Positions 23,680 to 36,810 of a DNA stretch of 64,000 nt are shown in pieces (positions within the stretch are counted from its first letter, which is position 1; each line of letters opens with the position of its first letter). Below the pieces are notes generated by a model, which did not search any database, had not been told where the DNA came from, and worked only from the letters and a program-made list of their open reading frames with translations. The stretch is from Octopus vulgaris (Eukaryota), in assembly GCA_951406725.2 (NCBI GenBank), contig OX597821.1:54250001-54314000 (forward strand). The letters run 5' to 3'. The position numbers and the translations under genes are program-made.

Positions 23680-25000
23680 CAAGTCTTTCTCAACCTATTT
23701 TTATCCAGGGCCCTTCTTGAAGCACTGCTTCAGAATCCAAGACCTGACTCTTTTCTCAAATGAGGAAACATCACAAAAGGATACAAAATAATTTATCATG
23801 TAACACAAATAAATAAACTTTCTGATATAATAGACATAACTGAACAAGAACTGCATGAAATTTAAAATTTAATATTTATTATGACTATTGCAATCCTTGA
23901 GGCTGGTGTTTGCTAACTAACTCTATGATGTTGGGCAACAGGTTAGATAATGACTCTTGAAGATAACGATTTTGTTTTAAGAAAATTTCATACTCAACCA
24001 ATTACAATGAAGGAAATATAATGAAATATATTTGAGCATTTTTCCACAGTGTCACAAGTTCATTTAGCAGATCACTTTTGATTCCAAAACTCATTGAATT
24101 GATGGTGTGCAATTATATCAGCCTTGACCAATGAAATCCTCTTGAATCTCTGTCAAAACTTGGGTAAGTTTTATTTTAAGTGAATATTGAACCCAACTGA
24201 GATATTAAACTCTAAAGAGCCATTAAATGTTTCTTGTATATCTTTATGCATCTATTTAAGATTATTCATGTAAACAATAAAGTCATTGCCTTTCAATGCA
24301 CCAGCAGTTATTTTCAGATTTGGAAATTGTGAAAAAATTTCAAATAAACTATTGCTTCCAGACTTTCTTCAAGGCTACTCTTTTTAGCCTGTAATGTAGT
24401 AGTTAAAAGATAGAGTTTTTTCTTTTACGATATTTGTCAGAAAAATTATAATCTATCTTAGCATCAACAAGTTCTTCATTCACTTTATCAGACATAAAAA
24501 TCTATGGTGGATCTGAATGTCTCAAAATGTTGAAGATAGTTTCTCTGAGAAAGTACCCACTCCTCAGTATGCTGCAACAAAATTCAGTTTTTATCATTTG
24601 TTTCATTCAGCTGTCAAGCATGGGAATTGATGACGTTTACTATATTTATGACAACTGAAAGTGAAAGACTAAGATGTCTTCCAAGATTTTTGCAACTAGG
24701 TGTTCCCTGGGAATCATGCAATGAATAGGAATCAAAGTCTGTATAATCTATTTTTAAGTAAGGTTGTACATCCTTTATAATAATGAATCATAGAAGCAGT
24801 ACCATCAGTTACACACTAAATTATGTTCCCTTTGGAATATTGCTTATACTTCTTAGCTAGTCTTCGATGTCTTCAAAAATTTACAGTTTCTTAACGTATC
24901 TTTTAATCTTCTCAGCAAACACTATCTCTTCTATCAGTTCATTTCTATTCTGGATTCAGTTCCTTTGTGCAGAACTTTTGGAAAATGTCTTCAACATAAG
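23680..25000 (-). mobile_element. hAT (Buster/Charlie-like) transposase remnant
   Basis: Minus-strand peptides CVTDGTASM, IHCMIPREHLVAK, LLQHTEEW (cf. HTEVRW) and C-terminal PNIIELVSKHQPQ. TIR-like CAAGTCTTTCTCAACC at 23680. Confidence 0.75.
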
Positions 25001-25344
25001 ACCTGGTCTATCAATGCCTTGTAAGAAAATTTGGTAGATGGAAGCTGTAAGTATTTGTATGTACATATTTTTTTTTTTGCTTGCTTGGTAGTAAGATCGT
25101 AAAGGAAAGTATCTTCTTTTAACTATCATACTTTAAATCTTAAGGAAGTTTTGCAGATTTTTATAATCCTAGATATCAAGATCATTTGTAGCATATGAAC
25201 TAAGGATTTACATTCTCTCCCCAAAATCTCAAATTCAGCCATACTTTGCTCCAGATGGGTTGGTATGTATCCTGTTACTTTAATAATAATAGGTATGAAG
25301 CTGAAAGTGTATCTTAGGGACTGGATTTGCAAAAATATATGTAT

Positions 25345-25560
25345 ATATATATTTTTGTCTGTCCTCATCACCACTTGACAACCATTATTGGTTTGTTTAC
25401 ATCCCTATAACTTAGCAGTTTGGCAAAAGAGACCACTAGAATAAACATCAAACTTTAGAAAGAAATAAGTACAAGAATTGATTTGTTCCACTAAACTGTT
25501 CAAAGCATTATCTCAGCAAGGCTACCATTCGATGACTGAAATAAGCGGAGGACAAAAGAG
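25345..25560 (+). mobile_element. SINE family A, 3' half
   Basis: CACTTGACAACC...TAACTTAGCAGTTTGGCAAAAGAGACC...GATGACTGAAA. Confidence 0.7.
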
Positions 25561-26149
25561 ATAAATTAATGTGATAAAATGTCTCAATGCTGAATTGCTG
25601 CTTAGTAATTACGTTATCAAATCTAATTATTATATATTATTTAACATAATAGTATTTGAAGTAGTTTTGCATACAACAAATACTTGTTTTAGTATTATAT
25701 AAGCTCTATGTGATTTTCAGCTAACTTATCTAACTGACACTCTTTAGTGTGAACTTCATAATAACTGAAAACATTTGTCTCTTGCCAAAAAGAAAAACAT
25801 TTATGAACTCAGATTATATCTAATGTGTACATACGTTACCAATAATCTATGCATTTATTACACCTTCCCTGTGTACTACTAATTCATTAGCAGTCTTTGA
25901 GAATAGATCAACATCTTTTAATCCATAAGAATGATGCACTCACACCTTTAATGAGTAATATTGAAGTTTGTCATATAATGACAACAGAGTTAGCTTGTAA
26001 CCTTTTGAACTGTGTTTTTAAGAATATTATGATGTTTCAATCTAAGCACCTTCAGTTTGTCTCTTATGTTCTTCATAGAATTCATTAAAGACTGTCAAGA
26101 GCCATTATTTGACTAGAATTTTCTACTTACATTAATAGCAATGATAACA

Positions 26150-27270
26150 AGATCAAAGGTTTAAAAGCATATATATATTTACCCCATCCTCTCACAGATC
26201 TAATCAGAATGAAATCAAAGACCGTATTATGGAATTTTTGCAGAAAGTTGCAACTTACAGAAGAACTACTTTACTATAATAATGATGATTCACTTGTTAG
26301 AAACAAAAGCAATTATCTTTCATCTAAAGGTAGGAATAAAATACTTGATGGCTTTTGTGACCACATTCTGAATTTCTTTTGAAATATCTTACACAGACAG
26401 AGAATTAACTCAAAATCTCAGCACTATCGAATGGAAAAACCTAATTGAATTACAAAATGATAAAGAACAGACAATCAAAGAAGCTGATAAAGGAAGTGCT
26501 GTAGTACTGATAAACACAGAAGCCTACGAAAATCTAGAACTACTCATGATAGAAAATAGTGAGAAATCCTTCATCCTTACTTCACCTACATGCAAATTTT
26601 AAATGTAAACCTTGGCTTTTCTATGGTTTACCAAAATCCACAAAAGCCAGATAATTAACGAAGCCTGCAAAAAATTATCAGACATATACATTAATGTCCA
26701 ATCACCAAGAGATTCAAAATTATGACCCATTATAGCTGGCCCATCATGGGAAACTCATTGCTTAAGCAACTTTCTGGATATTGTACTGAAACCCCATTCT
26801 CAAATACTCTTTACACATGAATTAATCAAAAGTAAAAAAAATCAACCAAAATTACTGACAGATGCAAAATTACACCCAATGACAACAGAACCAAGAGTTA
26901 AAAGATGCAGGTGACTTAACTGTGGAATTCAATTTTAAACCAGGTGAAAAATTTGGAATTAGAACTGAGTTCACTTGTGCATCTGAAAACTTAATCTGCA
27001 TCATAACTTGTTCAAGATGTGGTCACAACTATATAGGGTAACTAAAAATGTCTCTCCAATGGAGAACAATACTCTATAGGGAAGAAATCCATTTCTCAAG
27101 ATATAGACAGATACCACTAAGTGAACTCATAGAAAGATGTGCAAGGAATCTCCAACCAAACTTCAAAATTTTCCTTATATACCAATACACTGGAACAACT
27201 ATACAGATATGGTTAAATAAAGAGACTACACTTATAGAAAAATATTAGCTTCACCTTAATATGAACATAT
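26150..27270 (+). pseudogene. internally deleted Penelope-like element (RT N-terminal part plus GIY-YIG)
   Basis: Peptides IKEADKGSAVVL, FYGLPK.HK, PIIAGP and CLSNFLDIVLKP, then directly FTCASENLICIITCSRCGHNYIG and PNFKIFLIYQ. The RT catalytic core is missing. Confidence 0.85.
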
Positions 27271-27374
27271 AATTTTTGAATATGTAAATATTTTAACTCA
27301 TAAACATATATCTTTTTAATTTACTTATGTATAAAAAGAAAAGAAAGGGTTATTACATTCCCTGCTTCTAATAA

Positions 27375-27575
27375 TCCTTTCTACTATAGGCACAAGGCCT
27401 GAAATTTCGTGGGAGTAGGTAAGTCAGTAACGTCAACCCCAGAGCTCAACTGGTAATTATTTTATCAACCCAAACACAATGAAAAGCAAAGTCAATCTTT
27501 GAATGTAAAGACAGACAAAATGCCACTAAGCATTTTGCCATGTGTGCTAGCAATTCTGCCAGCTCACTGCCTTAA
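27375..27575 (-). mobile_element. SINE family B
   Basis: Reverse complement of GGCAGTGAGCTGGCAGAATTGCTAGCAC...GACTTTGCTTTTCAT. Confidence 0.65.
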
Positions 27576-27797
27576 CTCTTGCTACTTCTAATAGTAACAA
27601 TCACGAGTTATATCCTCTAAAATCTATTGAGCATCTGATTCATTTAAAGAATACTTGTTCTACCACTAACATGGAATGAAGACTTTTATGATAGCATGAA
27701 ATTATAACATTGTCACTAACAACTTAATCATGATTAACATAAGTGAATTTGGTCCAGTATATAGATATCTTATTTCATGAATATATATATATTTTTA

Positions 27798-27995
27798 TCA
27801 TCATCATCATCATCGTTTAACGTCCGTTTTCCATGCTAGAATGGGTTAGATGGCTCAACCAGGGTCTGGAAAGCCTTCTGGCTGCACCAGGCTCCAGTCT
27901 GATCTGGCAGTGTTTCTACAGCTGGATGCCCTTCCTAATGCCGACCACTCTGTGCTTTTAACGTGCCACCAGCACGGAGGCCAGTCAAGGTGGCA
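27798..27995 (-). mobile_element. RTE-type 3' tail repeat
   Basis: (CAT)n-CGTTTAACGTCCGTTTTCCATGC...CTGGATGCCCTTCCTAATGCC. Confidence 0.75.
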
Positions 27996-28308
27996 TACTT
28001 TCATATATTTTTCACAACATAAAATTTCTGTACTTTTTCCTTCTTTTTATATTTATTACACTTTGCTACCTGGAATTTTTCTCAAACTCTTTTACCATGT
28101 GTGTGTGTGTGTGTACATACACGTGCCTGTTCATGTTTGTGTGTGTGTGTGGGGGGGGGGGGGCATGCTTCTTCTTTCTTTGTTACCTATTTAATTAAAG
28201 ACATACCAGCGTAAACCACGAGTTTCCTATTGTTATTGAATCCATTTTCTTCTCTTATATATATATATATATATATACACATACACATACATACATATAT
28301 ATATATAC

Positions 28309-28363
<55 letters not shown>

Positions 28364-28384
28364 CATGCATACATATATATATGT

Positions 28385-28755
28385 GGAGGAGCAATGGCCC
28401 AGTGGTTAAGGCAACAGACTCACGGTCGTAGAATCACAGTTTCAATTCCTAGACCAGGCGTTGTGTTTATTTATTCAGTGAAAACACCTAAAGCTCCGCA
28501 AGACTCCAGCAGGGAGGGGTGGGAAACCCTGCTGTACTCTTTCACCATAACTTCCTCTCATTCTTTTCTTTCTGTTTCTGTTGTGCCTGTATTTCAAAGA
28601 GCCAGCCTTGTTGTACTCTGTGTCACGCTGAAAACTATGTTAATGGAACACGTGTCTGTGGAGTGCTCAGCCACTTGCACGTTAATTCCATGAGCAAGTT
28701 GTTCCGTTGATCGAATCAACTGGAAACCTCATCGTGGTAACCGACAGAGTGCCAC
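28385..28755 (+). mobile_element. tRNA-derived SINE
   Basis: GGAGGAGCAATGGCCCAGTGGTTAAGG...GTTTCAATTCC (A and B boxes). The body CTGTGGAGTGCTCAGCCACTTGCACGTTAATT is shared with 31725-32015. Confidence 0.7.
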
Positions 28756-28764
28756 TATATATGT

Positions 28765-29180
28765 AGGCACAGGAATGGCTATAGGTGCAAGAGTGGCTTA
28801 CATGGTTTTGGGTTCATTCCCATTGCATGGCACCTTGAGCAAGTGTCTTCTACTTTAGCCTCAGGTCAACCAAAGCCTTGTGAGTGGATTTGGTAGATGG
28901 AAACTGAAAGAAACCTATCGTTTGTATGTATCCATGTATGTGTATATACATATGTATATGTTTGTGTGTCTGTGTTTGTCCCCCCACCATCACTTGACAT
29001 CTGATGTTGATGTGTTTACATCCCCATAACTTAGCAGTTCAGCAAAAGAGACTGATAGAGTAAGTACTAGGCTTACAAAGAATAAGTCCTGGGGTGGATT
29101 TGCTCGACAAAAGGCGGTGCTCTAGCATGGTCGCAGTCAAGTGACTGAAACAAATAAAAACATAAATGAATAAAAGAATA
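28765..29180 (+). mobile_element. SINE family A, near full length with central microsatellite
   Basis: GGTTCATTCCC...CACCTTGAGCAAGTGTCTTC...GAAACTGAAAG-(TATG)n-...GTGCTCTAGCATGG...GACTGAAAC. Confidence 0.8.
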
Positions 29181-30639
29181 TATGTAATATCTATAAAATT
29201 CAAGTTTTCACCGTGTGTGTGTTTACAAAAATTTGATGTACCTCAATAACTTTTACATCTTTCATTTGATTTCTTTAAAACATTTTTACACAGCTGCTTC
29301 AGATCCCAGACCAAACATAGGCTACTTAGATTTTTTAAAAATTGATACTGGAGCCTCTAGGGCAATGGGAAACCAACAATAGATGATTCCTATTCATTTA
29401 CATTAATCAGCTGTTTAATAATCTGTAGGGTCTTACTCTTTTACTCTTTTACTTGTTTCAGCCATCCGGCTGAGGCCATGCTGGGGCACCGCCCTTATAT
29501 ACTTTTAAAATCTTTTTATAAAAGTGAACGGATTTTGTCTATTTATTTATTTCCACTGTCCATCAGCAATGATGATTAAACTGACTAGGAACACTGAATG
29601 CATACATTTCTACAATTCTCCACCGATTTTCACCAAACTTTATACATACAATTCTTATGTTCCAAGGATGGCCATACATTAAACATTTTTGCCCAGAACT
29701 CCTGTGTAAAAGGACCTAAATGATTTATTTATTTATTTTGACTGTCCACCTATCATGGTGATTAAATGGACTAGCAAAACTGTATGCGATGAATATCCAA
29801 TACCAAACAATCTTAATCTCCATATTTAAACTACATTAATATTTGGCAAGCTTACTTTTACCTATTCAGAGTTACCTGAAAGGTGATGTTCCCTTCCCTC
29901 TATTTGTTGATACCTTAGTTTACCTTTGATACTGTTGTTTCACTTTAAGCATACTTATTTACCCATCCATTATAATATTTTGACTGTTGCCCATTGTTTC
30001 AAATACATTTTAGCATTGTCATTCTAGCCTTTTTTTAAACAATCACATATGAGTCATCCCAAAGAATCAACCTTTATGTAAGAGTTTTGCTTCCACTAGC
30101 AAAAGCTATGCATATCTTTTAGAAAGCTCCATACCAATTTAACTTTATGCAGCATTCACTGTTAGTTTATGTGCAGGCTATGTGGGAAGATAGAATACAG
30201 GGGCCTTTGTCAGCTTATCTCTCCAAAAAAATAGCGCTCTTTGCTGTTGAAAAATAAACTGGCAGAGGGGAAGTTTCAACATCTTCTTTCAATTTCATTA
30301 CACCATTTATGTAACTGTTTCTGACAAGAAATTTCGCTTTCATGCATAACAACTATATTTTGCAATCATTATCCATAATCTACTCCCAGAACACTTCAGT
30401 AGCTCTACTTTGCATTGCTTGCAAACTTATATGTTCTTTGATCATTAAAATGCAACAGCCTCCACGATAACCAGCCTTCAATTTCATTTTCCGTTCTGAG
30501 GTTAATTGAAAATGTAGATTGCCATGTGACTCAAAAGCCATCTTAGTAGTTCAATTATTTGGTGAAAAAAATACCACCAAAGCAACTTAAACCATCCAAA
30601 GGACAGGTTCATTTCCTAATTTATATATATATTAACTAC

Positions 30640-30805
30640 TCTGCTGAATGGTTGGTGTTAGGAAGGACATCCAGCTGTAAAAGTCATGCCAACAGAAGTC
30701 TGGTGCAAGCTTCTGTCTGGCTGGCTCCTGTCAAACCATCCCACCTATGACAGCATGGAAGGTGGACATTAAACGATGATGATTGATGATGATGATGATG
30801 ATGAT
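30640..30805 (+). mobile_element. RTE-type 3' tail repeat
   Basis: GGTTGGTGTTAGGAAGGACATCCAGC...GGACATTAAAC(GAT)n. Confidence 0.7.
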
Positions 30806-31724
30806 ATATATATGAATGTGCATGTGTGTGAGAGAGAGAGAGAGAGAGAAAGTGTGTGTGTGTATGTGTGTGTGTGTCTGTGTCTGTGTCTGTGTATGTA
30901 TGCATGTATGTAATATAGGGAGAAAGAGAACAACAGTTATGTAAGGGAAATATGCTGAATAGTGATGATGTATAGATGAAAACCTTGTGAGCAGAAAATC
31001 CTATTGGCAGTTCTCTAAGTAATCTATTTAGAATACCAGAAGCAAGTTAAAATATAGTTCAGTATAGCATAAATGTAAAGGTTAGGAAAATTATGATATC
31101 CTATTAATGATAATCTAATTTTCTAAGAGGATATGAGAACACTAAGCACTACCTGGATTACTGAAAAACATAAAGGTTTGAGTTCAATTAATATAATAAC
31201 CTGTGTTAGTGGCAGTTAGCCAAATTTAAGAAATTTAACATTCTATTAAACTAATATCTATAATATTATTATTCTTGTCATATTAAGTAATGGGCTTTTA
31301 ACAAACTTAACAGTAGAGCCAAATAAAAGATATAATCAAAATGATTAACATAGCTATGTCTTACATGGGCAGAAGAATAGAAATTTGTACAGGAAGGAGC
31401 AGCTGTAGATATAAATGCCAGTAATGGATCAGTACTTTATTTTATTGACCTTAGATGGTTAAAAGGCTAAGCAAACAACAACATGATTTGAATGAAGAAC
31501 ATAAAGGAATATAACAAAATACCCCTGGGCATTAATAATGCTTTTAGTAATTTCGTCTTTAGAATAAAATGAAATACATAGATAGAAAATGTAATATATT
31601 GAAACAATGTTATAAAAATCTATAAATTTATACATCAAAACAGAAATAAGAACATTTTTAAAATATGGAATTTACACAGGTCCCACTACATATTATTATT
31701 AATTTCTGTGACAAAGGGCATTAC

Positions 31725-32015
31725 AGTTGGTCCAACCAATGGAATAACCTGCTCAAGAAATTAATTTGCAAGTAGTCAAGCACTCCACAGACAAGAGTAC
31801 CTTTAATGTTAATTCTTAGGAAGATCCAGTGTGACAAAGAATGTGACTAGGTTGGCCCCTTGAACTACAGGTACTACTCATTTTTGCCAAGTGATTGGAC
31901 TGAAGTAACATGAAATAAAGTGTCTTGCTCAAGGATACAATTTGCTTCCAGGAATTGAACTCGTGACTTTACAATCATAAACCAAATACCTTATCCACTA
32001 AGCCACGTACCTTCA
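31725..32015 (-). mobile_element. tRNA-derived SINE family C
   Basis: Homologous to 1-175 (TGAAATAAAGTGTCTTGCTCAAG...GGAATTGAACTC...CCACTAAGCCAC). Confidence 0.7.
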
Positions 32016-32234
32016 CATACATATATATATAGACAACACAAGTTATCAAGAGCCACTGAAACAGTTGTACTTCCAACTCCCGCATATCTTCATTTAATTT
32101 TTAGCCAATGAAGCTTTTAAAAGTTCTCTTCCTTTTCCAGCCTCTTTTGTGAGGAATTTTCATTAATTCAATAAAAATTTTTGTGGCTCATAATATATGT
32201 ATGGTAGCCTGCATTTAACTCTGTGTGTGTGTGT

Positions 32235-32483
<249 letters not shown>

Positions 32484-32787
32484 TATTTGTTCATTTACTT
32501 TACATCCATTTTTCTTCCATGATTGTATCAGATTCATAAATACGTTATTTTAGACAATGGCTTATATTTTACGGCTGGATGCCCTTTGTGCGGCTTACCA
32601 TAACCTGTTTTTCAGTTGATAAGCAAAATATCAACATTCATGCACATTCATGCATACACATGCATGCACATGCATGAATGGATAGATGAAGTGAAGGAAA
32701 GAAAAGGGGAGGGGATGATGGATGGATAAATAGAGGGATTGATAGAACCTTGAAAGATGGATGGATGGATGGATGGATGGATGGATG

Positions 32788-32839
<52 letters not shown>

Positions 32840-35779
32840 TAGTCTGGCATGCAGTTGCCTGAATACCCTCACCTTCTACCAAATGCTATAACCTCACTAT
32901 CTTTTGCTGCCTGACCATCTGCCCATATTCTTTACTTTTTACTTAGATTCTTCCAACTTCATTTCACAATCTTCTGACATATTTCTCATATCTTCAAAGA
33001 AGAGTCCTGCCCATTAAATATGTGAACTTTCTTCCTCTCATACCACACAAACCAATCTTATGTGATGAATGGAATCAAAGATTTTTCTGTTCCCTGACAC
33101 TGACCATCACCATTTTCTTTATGCTGGAATTCAGTTTTGTCTTTGCAGTTCTGAGTGGATCAGGTTAAAATAATGGTTGATGTTTTCTTGGCATTGAGGT
33201 TAATGTGATCGATAAATGACTTTGCTCTCATGAATTTGAACCCAAATACAGCTGTTTGTGCCCCCTGGAGAAAATGTACAGCTCTGCTTGCTATAGTGTA
33301 CTTGTCTATGATTAGAATTCTAAACCAATTTTATGAATGAATGATTAGCAGGAGGTGGGTTATTCAGCTATAAAACAATTACCCCAGCAAACCATAGGAA
33401 AATGGATAACAAAAATAAACAGCAGAAGAAAACATTATGAAGATCATTTATAAGAATTCTAGATTTTTCCTGTGATATTTCCTTTAATTATAAAACCAAT
33501 GGATTGTAAAGAATTTCACATGGATCAGGTCTTCAGGTTATAAGACAAGGTTTTTCTGCTTTTTTGTTTTGCTTTAATTTCTCCAGTAAATTGTCTTAAC
33601 TTGTGAGTGAGTGAGTGACTCTCTCTGTGTGCATGCATGCATGTATGCCAATGTATGCATGTGTGTGCTTTACAGAGAGGATAGCTGAATGTATACAGAG
33701 ATAGTTGTATTGAAATATTTTTGGTTAATGTCAGAGAGCAGCCTTACTGGACCTATGGTCGTTGAAGCAGAAGCAATTATATGAATAGAGAAAACAATTT
33801 TCACCTGTTTCATAACAAGTGAATAGTTTAAGTATTTTATAACTGAAAGAGGTTTTTATCATCAAAGCAGAAAATAATTGAATATACATACATATATATA
33901 CATACATACATTCATGTGTGTAAGTGTCTGTATGTGAAGGACTGTGTGTGTGTTTGTGTGCCTGTGCATACTTTACAGTCATTGTGCCAATTAAAACAAA
34001 TACAGGTAATTGTTTTTTTAGTATTAATTAATTTTAATTAATAAATTTATTAATTAATTAACAGCAAAAAAATAAATTACATCCAGTGAATGGGTGTATA
34101 TATGTTAGTGTGTGTGCATTTGAGTATGTGTGTACAGACCTACATATGCACACATACATACATGTATGCATACACATACATGCATAAATACATCCATGCA
34201 TGCACGCACATATGCACACATACACACATACACACACACTCATACATGTATAGCAATATCTTGATTAACAAGCTTAATGTGTTCCACTTTTTTATATTGT
34301 TATCAGAAACTTCATAACTAGAGAAAGGTTCTATTAATTAATGAAAGAAATATACACTTATGTAAAATGCATTAAGTCTACACTGACCTTACATATGTAG
34401 AAAAAAGATCTTGTCAATGAAACTGCCTGTAATTTAATCAAAAAATATACACATTTTTTACAACACCCCAACACATAAATCATCGTCCTTGTTCTAAACA
34501 AACATGGACATGTTACCAAATGCAGCATTGCCTTGAGCATGAAATTATCTGACAGTAATGTTTGCCAGCACAGCAGAAATGTTCAACATGCCAGTTTGTA
34601 AACAAATCTTTTGTAAGAAAGCTTTTCTTCTGAATTTGCATGTCACTCGTAGACTAGATTTGGAGATACATTTCATTGTATATATTGTATATGTTTGATA
34701 AATGGGAGGTTTCAAGTCTCCTGTGATATTTGCTTCCAAAAACGACGTCAGAAAATCTTTTGTGGCATTAAACCTAGTAATCTTATTTTCCTCTTCTGAG
34801 ATAGATGTTTCCAAAGAAAAATATGAAACAAAAAATCTCCAAAGTGTAGCCAACACTGATCTACATTCACATCTATAATTTGTGGATATTTGTCTCTTTC
34901 TTTGATGACTTTATTTCTGAGAGATATCCTGATGCAGCCAGGATATTAACACTTGTGGATTCCTCTCTTCGTTGAATGGTATTGAAATAAGATTTTTTTT
35001 TAACTCCATAAATTGTCCACTAGAAACAACAATTGTTTTAAGTGAATTCCTCAAGTTCCTGTTTCAGTTGATTAAATAAATTTAATTCTTTTTGTTGGAT
35101 AAGGGCTTAGGTTTGTGGTGACTCTGTGGCATATCACTTCCCATTTCAATTCTTAACATTTCACCATATTTTCCATGATTTTAGTGCATGTTCATGTTAG
35201 TTTAGAACAGTCATGGGTAAATTGTGACTTGCATGACTTTATGAATGGTATGCTGAAACGAAAAGTTACCTCAAAATTTTTAGTTTTGCCTTTCACCTCA
35301 TGATGATCCATTTTACATAAGGCTTGCTTCTCAGAAAAGAAGCCTGGAGTAGAAATATTATACTAACTTGAATTTTACATTGCAGATTTTTCTTGGAGTG
35401 GTTCATGAAGGTTTTCGACACTGACAGTAGAAGTTCTAATGATTCCACAACATTTTTCTTTACTCCCTCTTCTACTCTTTTAGATTCATTAATTTGCTAA
35501 CTAAAAACACTGGTTTGTATTTATGTAACATGGTGCTATAAGACGTTTATTGAATTGTTCTTTAAAAGTAATTACAGCACTTTCAGAAATAGCAAAATGT
35601 GTAGTCCAATATTGCACAAGCAAATGCTTGAGAAAACAAAGGCAAATGTGACTGATTGATTGCTTTGTTGCATGTGCACTAGAAATGCAATTTGTTCATA
35701 CAAGGAGTTTCAAATTTAGGTAGTGATTCTGGTGATGTTCAAGCAAAGAGAATGGTTTTTGTTGCTAACTTGTTGTAAT

Positions 35780-35985
35780 ATTGGTTTCAAATTTTGGCGC
35801 AAGACCAATAATTTCAGGGGAGGAGTAAGTCGATTACATCGACCCCAGTGCTTATTTATGAACCCTGAAAGGATGAAAGGTAAAGTCGACCTAGGCAGAA
35901 TTTGAACTCAGAATGTAGAGACTGACAAAATACAATTAAGCATTTTTCCCAGCATGATAACTCTTCTGCCAGCTCACTACCTTAA
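35780..35985 (-). mobile_element. SINE family B
   Basis: GTCGATTACATCGACCCCAGTG...GAAAGGATGAAAGGTAAAGTCGACC...TTTGAACTCAGAA. Confidence 0.75.
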
Positions 35986-36524
35986 ATTTGTTGCAATATT
36001 AAGCTTCATTCTGGTAGAGATCCATTCTCAGAGGCAACATCAATTTAGAATTGGAATGTATATTTATGAGCATGTATTCATACGTATTTATAAATATACA
36101 TAGTTATATGAATACATATACCCTAGATACATACTCAGACATATACATACCCATGTCATGCAAATATGTACTTGTTTTTTTTATATGTGTGTGCATGTGT
36201 GTGCTTGCTTTTATGAGTATCTATAAAACCAGGCTCACACTGAAATATTCAAATATATGTGGAAACTTCTAGATTGGTGACACTAATCTGTTTCATAAAT
36301 GTAAATTCAAAATGAGTAATGATTTTCAGAAAAATTGAAAAATATATTAGAGATTTCAAAACAAACACTCATTCAATAATGTATTATCTTTTATTTGTTT
36401 CAGTCATTGGGCTGTGACCAGGCTGGGGCACTGCCTTGAATGGCTTTGTTCTTATTTTTAAATTTGTTACTAATTCTATCGGTCCCATTTGATGAACCAC
36501 TGAGTTACAAAGAATTAAATAAAA

Positions 36525-36668
36525 CCATCACATTATTTACACTTTACATTTGACAGATATTTGTCCACATCTTGCTTGTTGTTAACACAACGTTTCCACT
36601 GATATACCTTCATCAGGTGTCTTGGGGAAATTTCAAACCTGAGTTCTCATTCCTAAGGTATTTTTTGA

Positions 36669-36736
<68 letters not shown>

Positions 36737-36810
36737 TCACTACCTGGAATCGAACTCGGAATCTTGGGGTTAGTAGCCTGCACTCTTAACCACTATGATA
36801 TTTGCCCATG
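36525..36810 (-). mobile_element. tRNA-head + (TAA)n + hammerhead-core element
   Basis: Minus strand head CATAGTGGTTAAGAGTGCAGGCTACTAACCCCAAG...GAGTTCGATTCC (36731-36800), then (TAA)n at 36670-36730, then ACAC-CTGATGA-...-GAAAC-GTT-GTGT (36585-36620). Confidence 0.7.

Noticed and set aside
29188-29800. Second Helitron/Helentron-like element
   Set aside because: There is a suggestive 5' TCTATAAAA and CCGATTTTCACCAAACTT, but no recognisable 3' hairpin-CTAG terminus.
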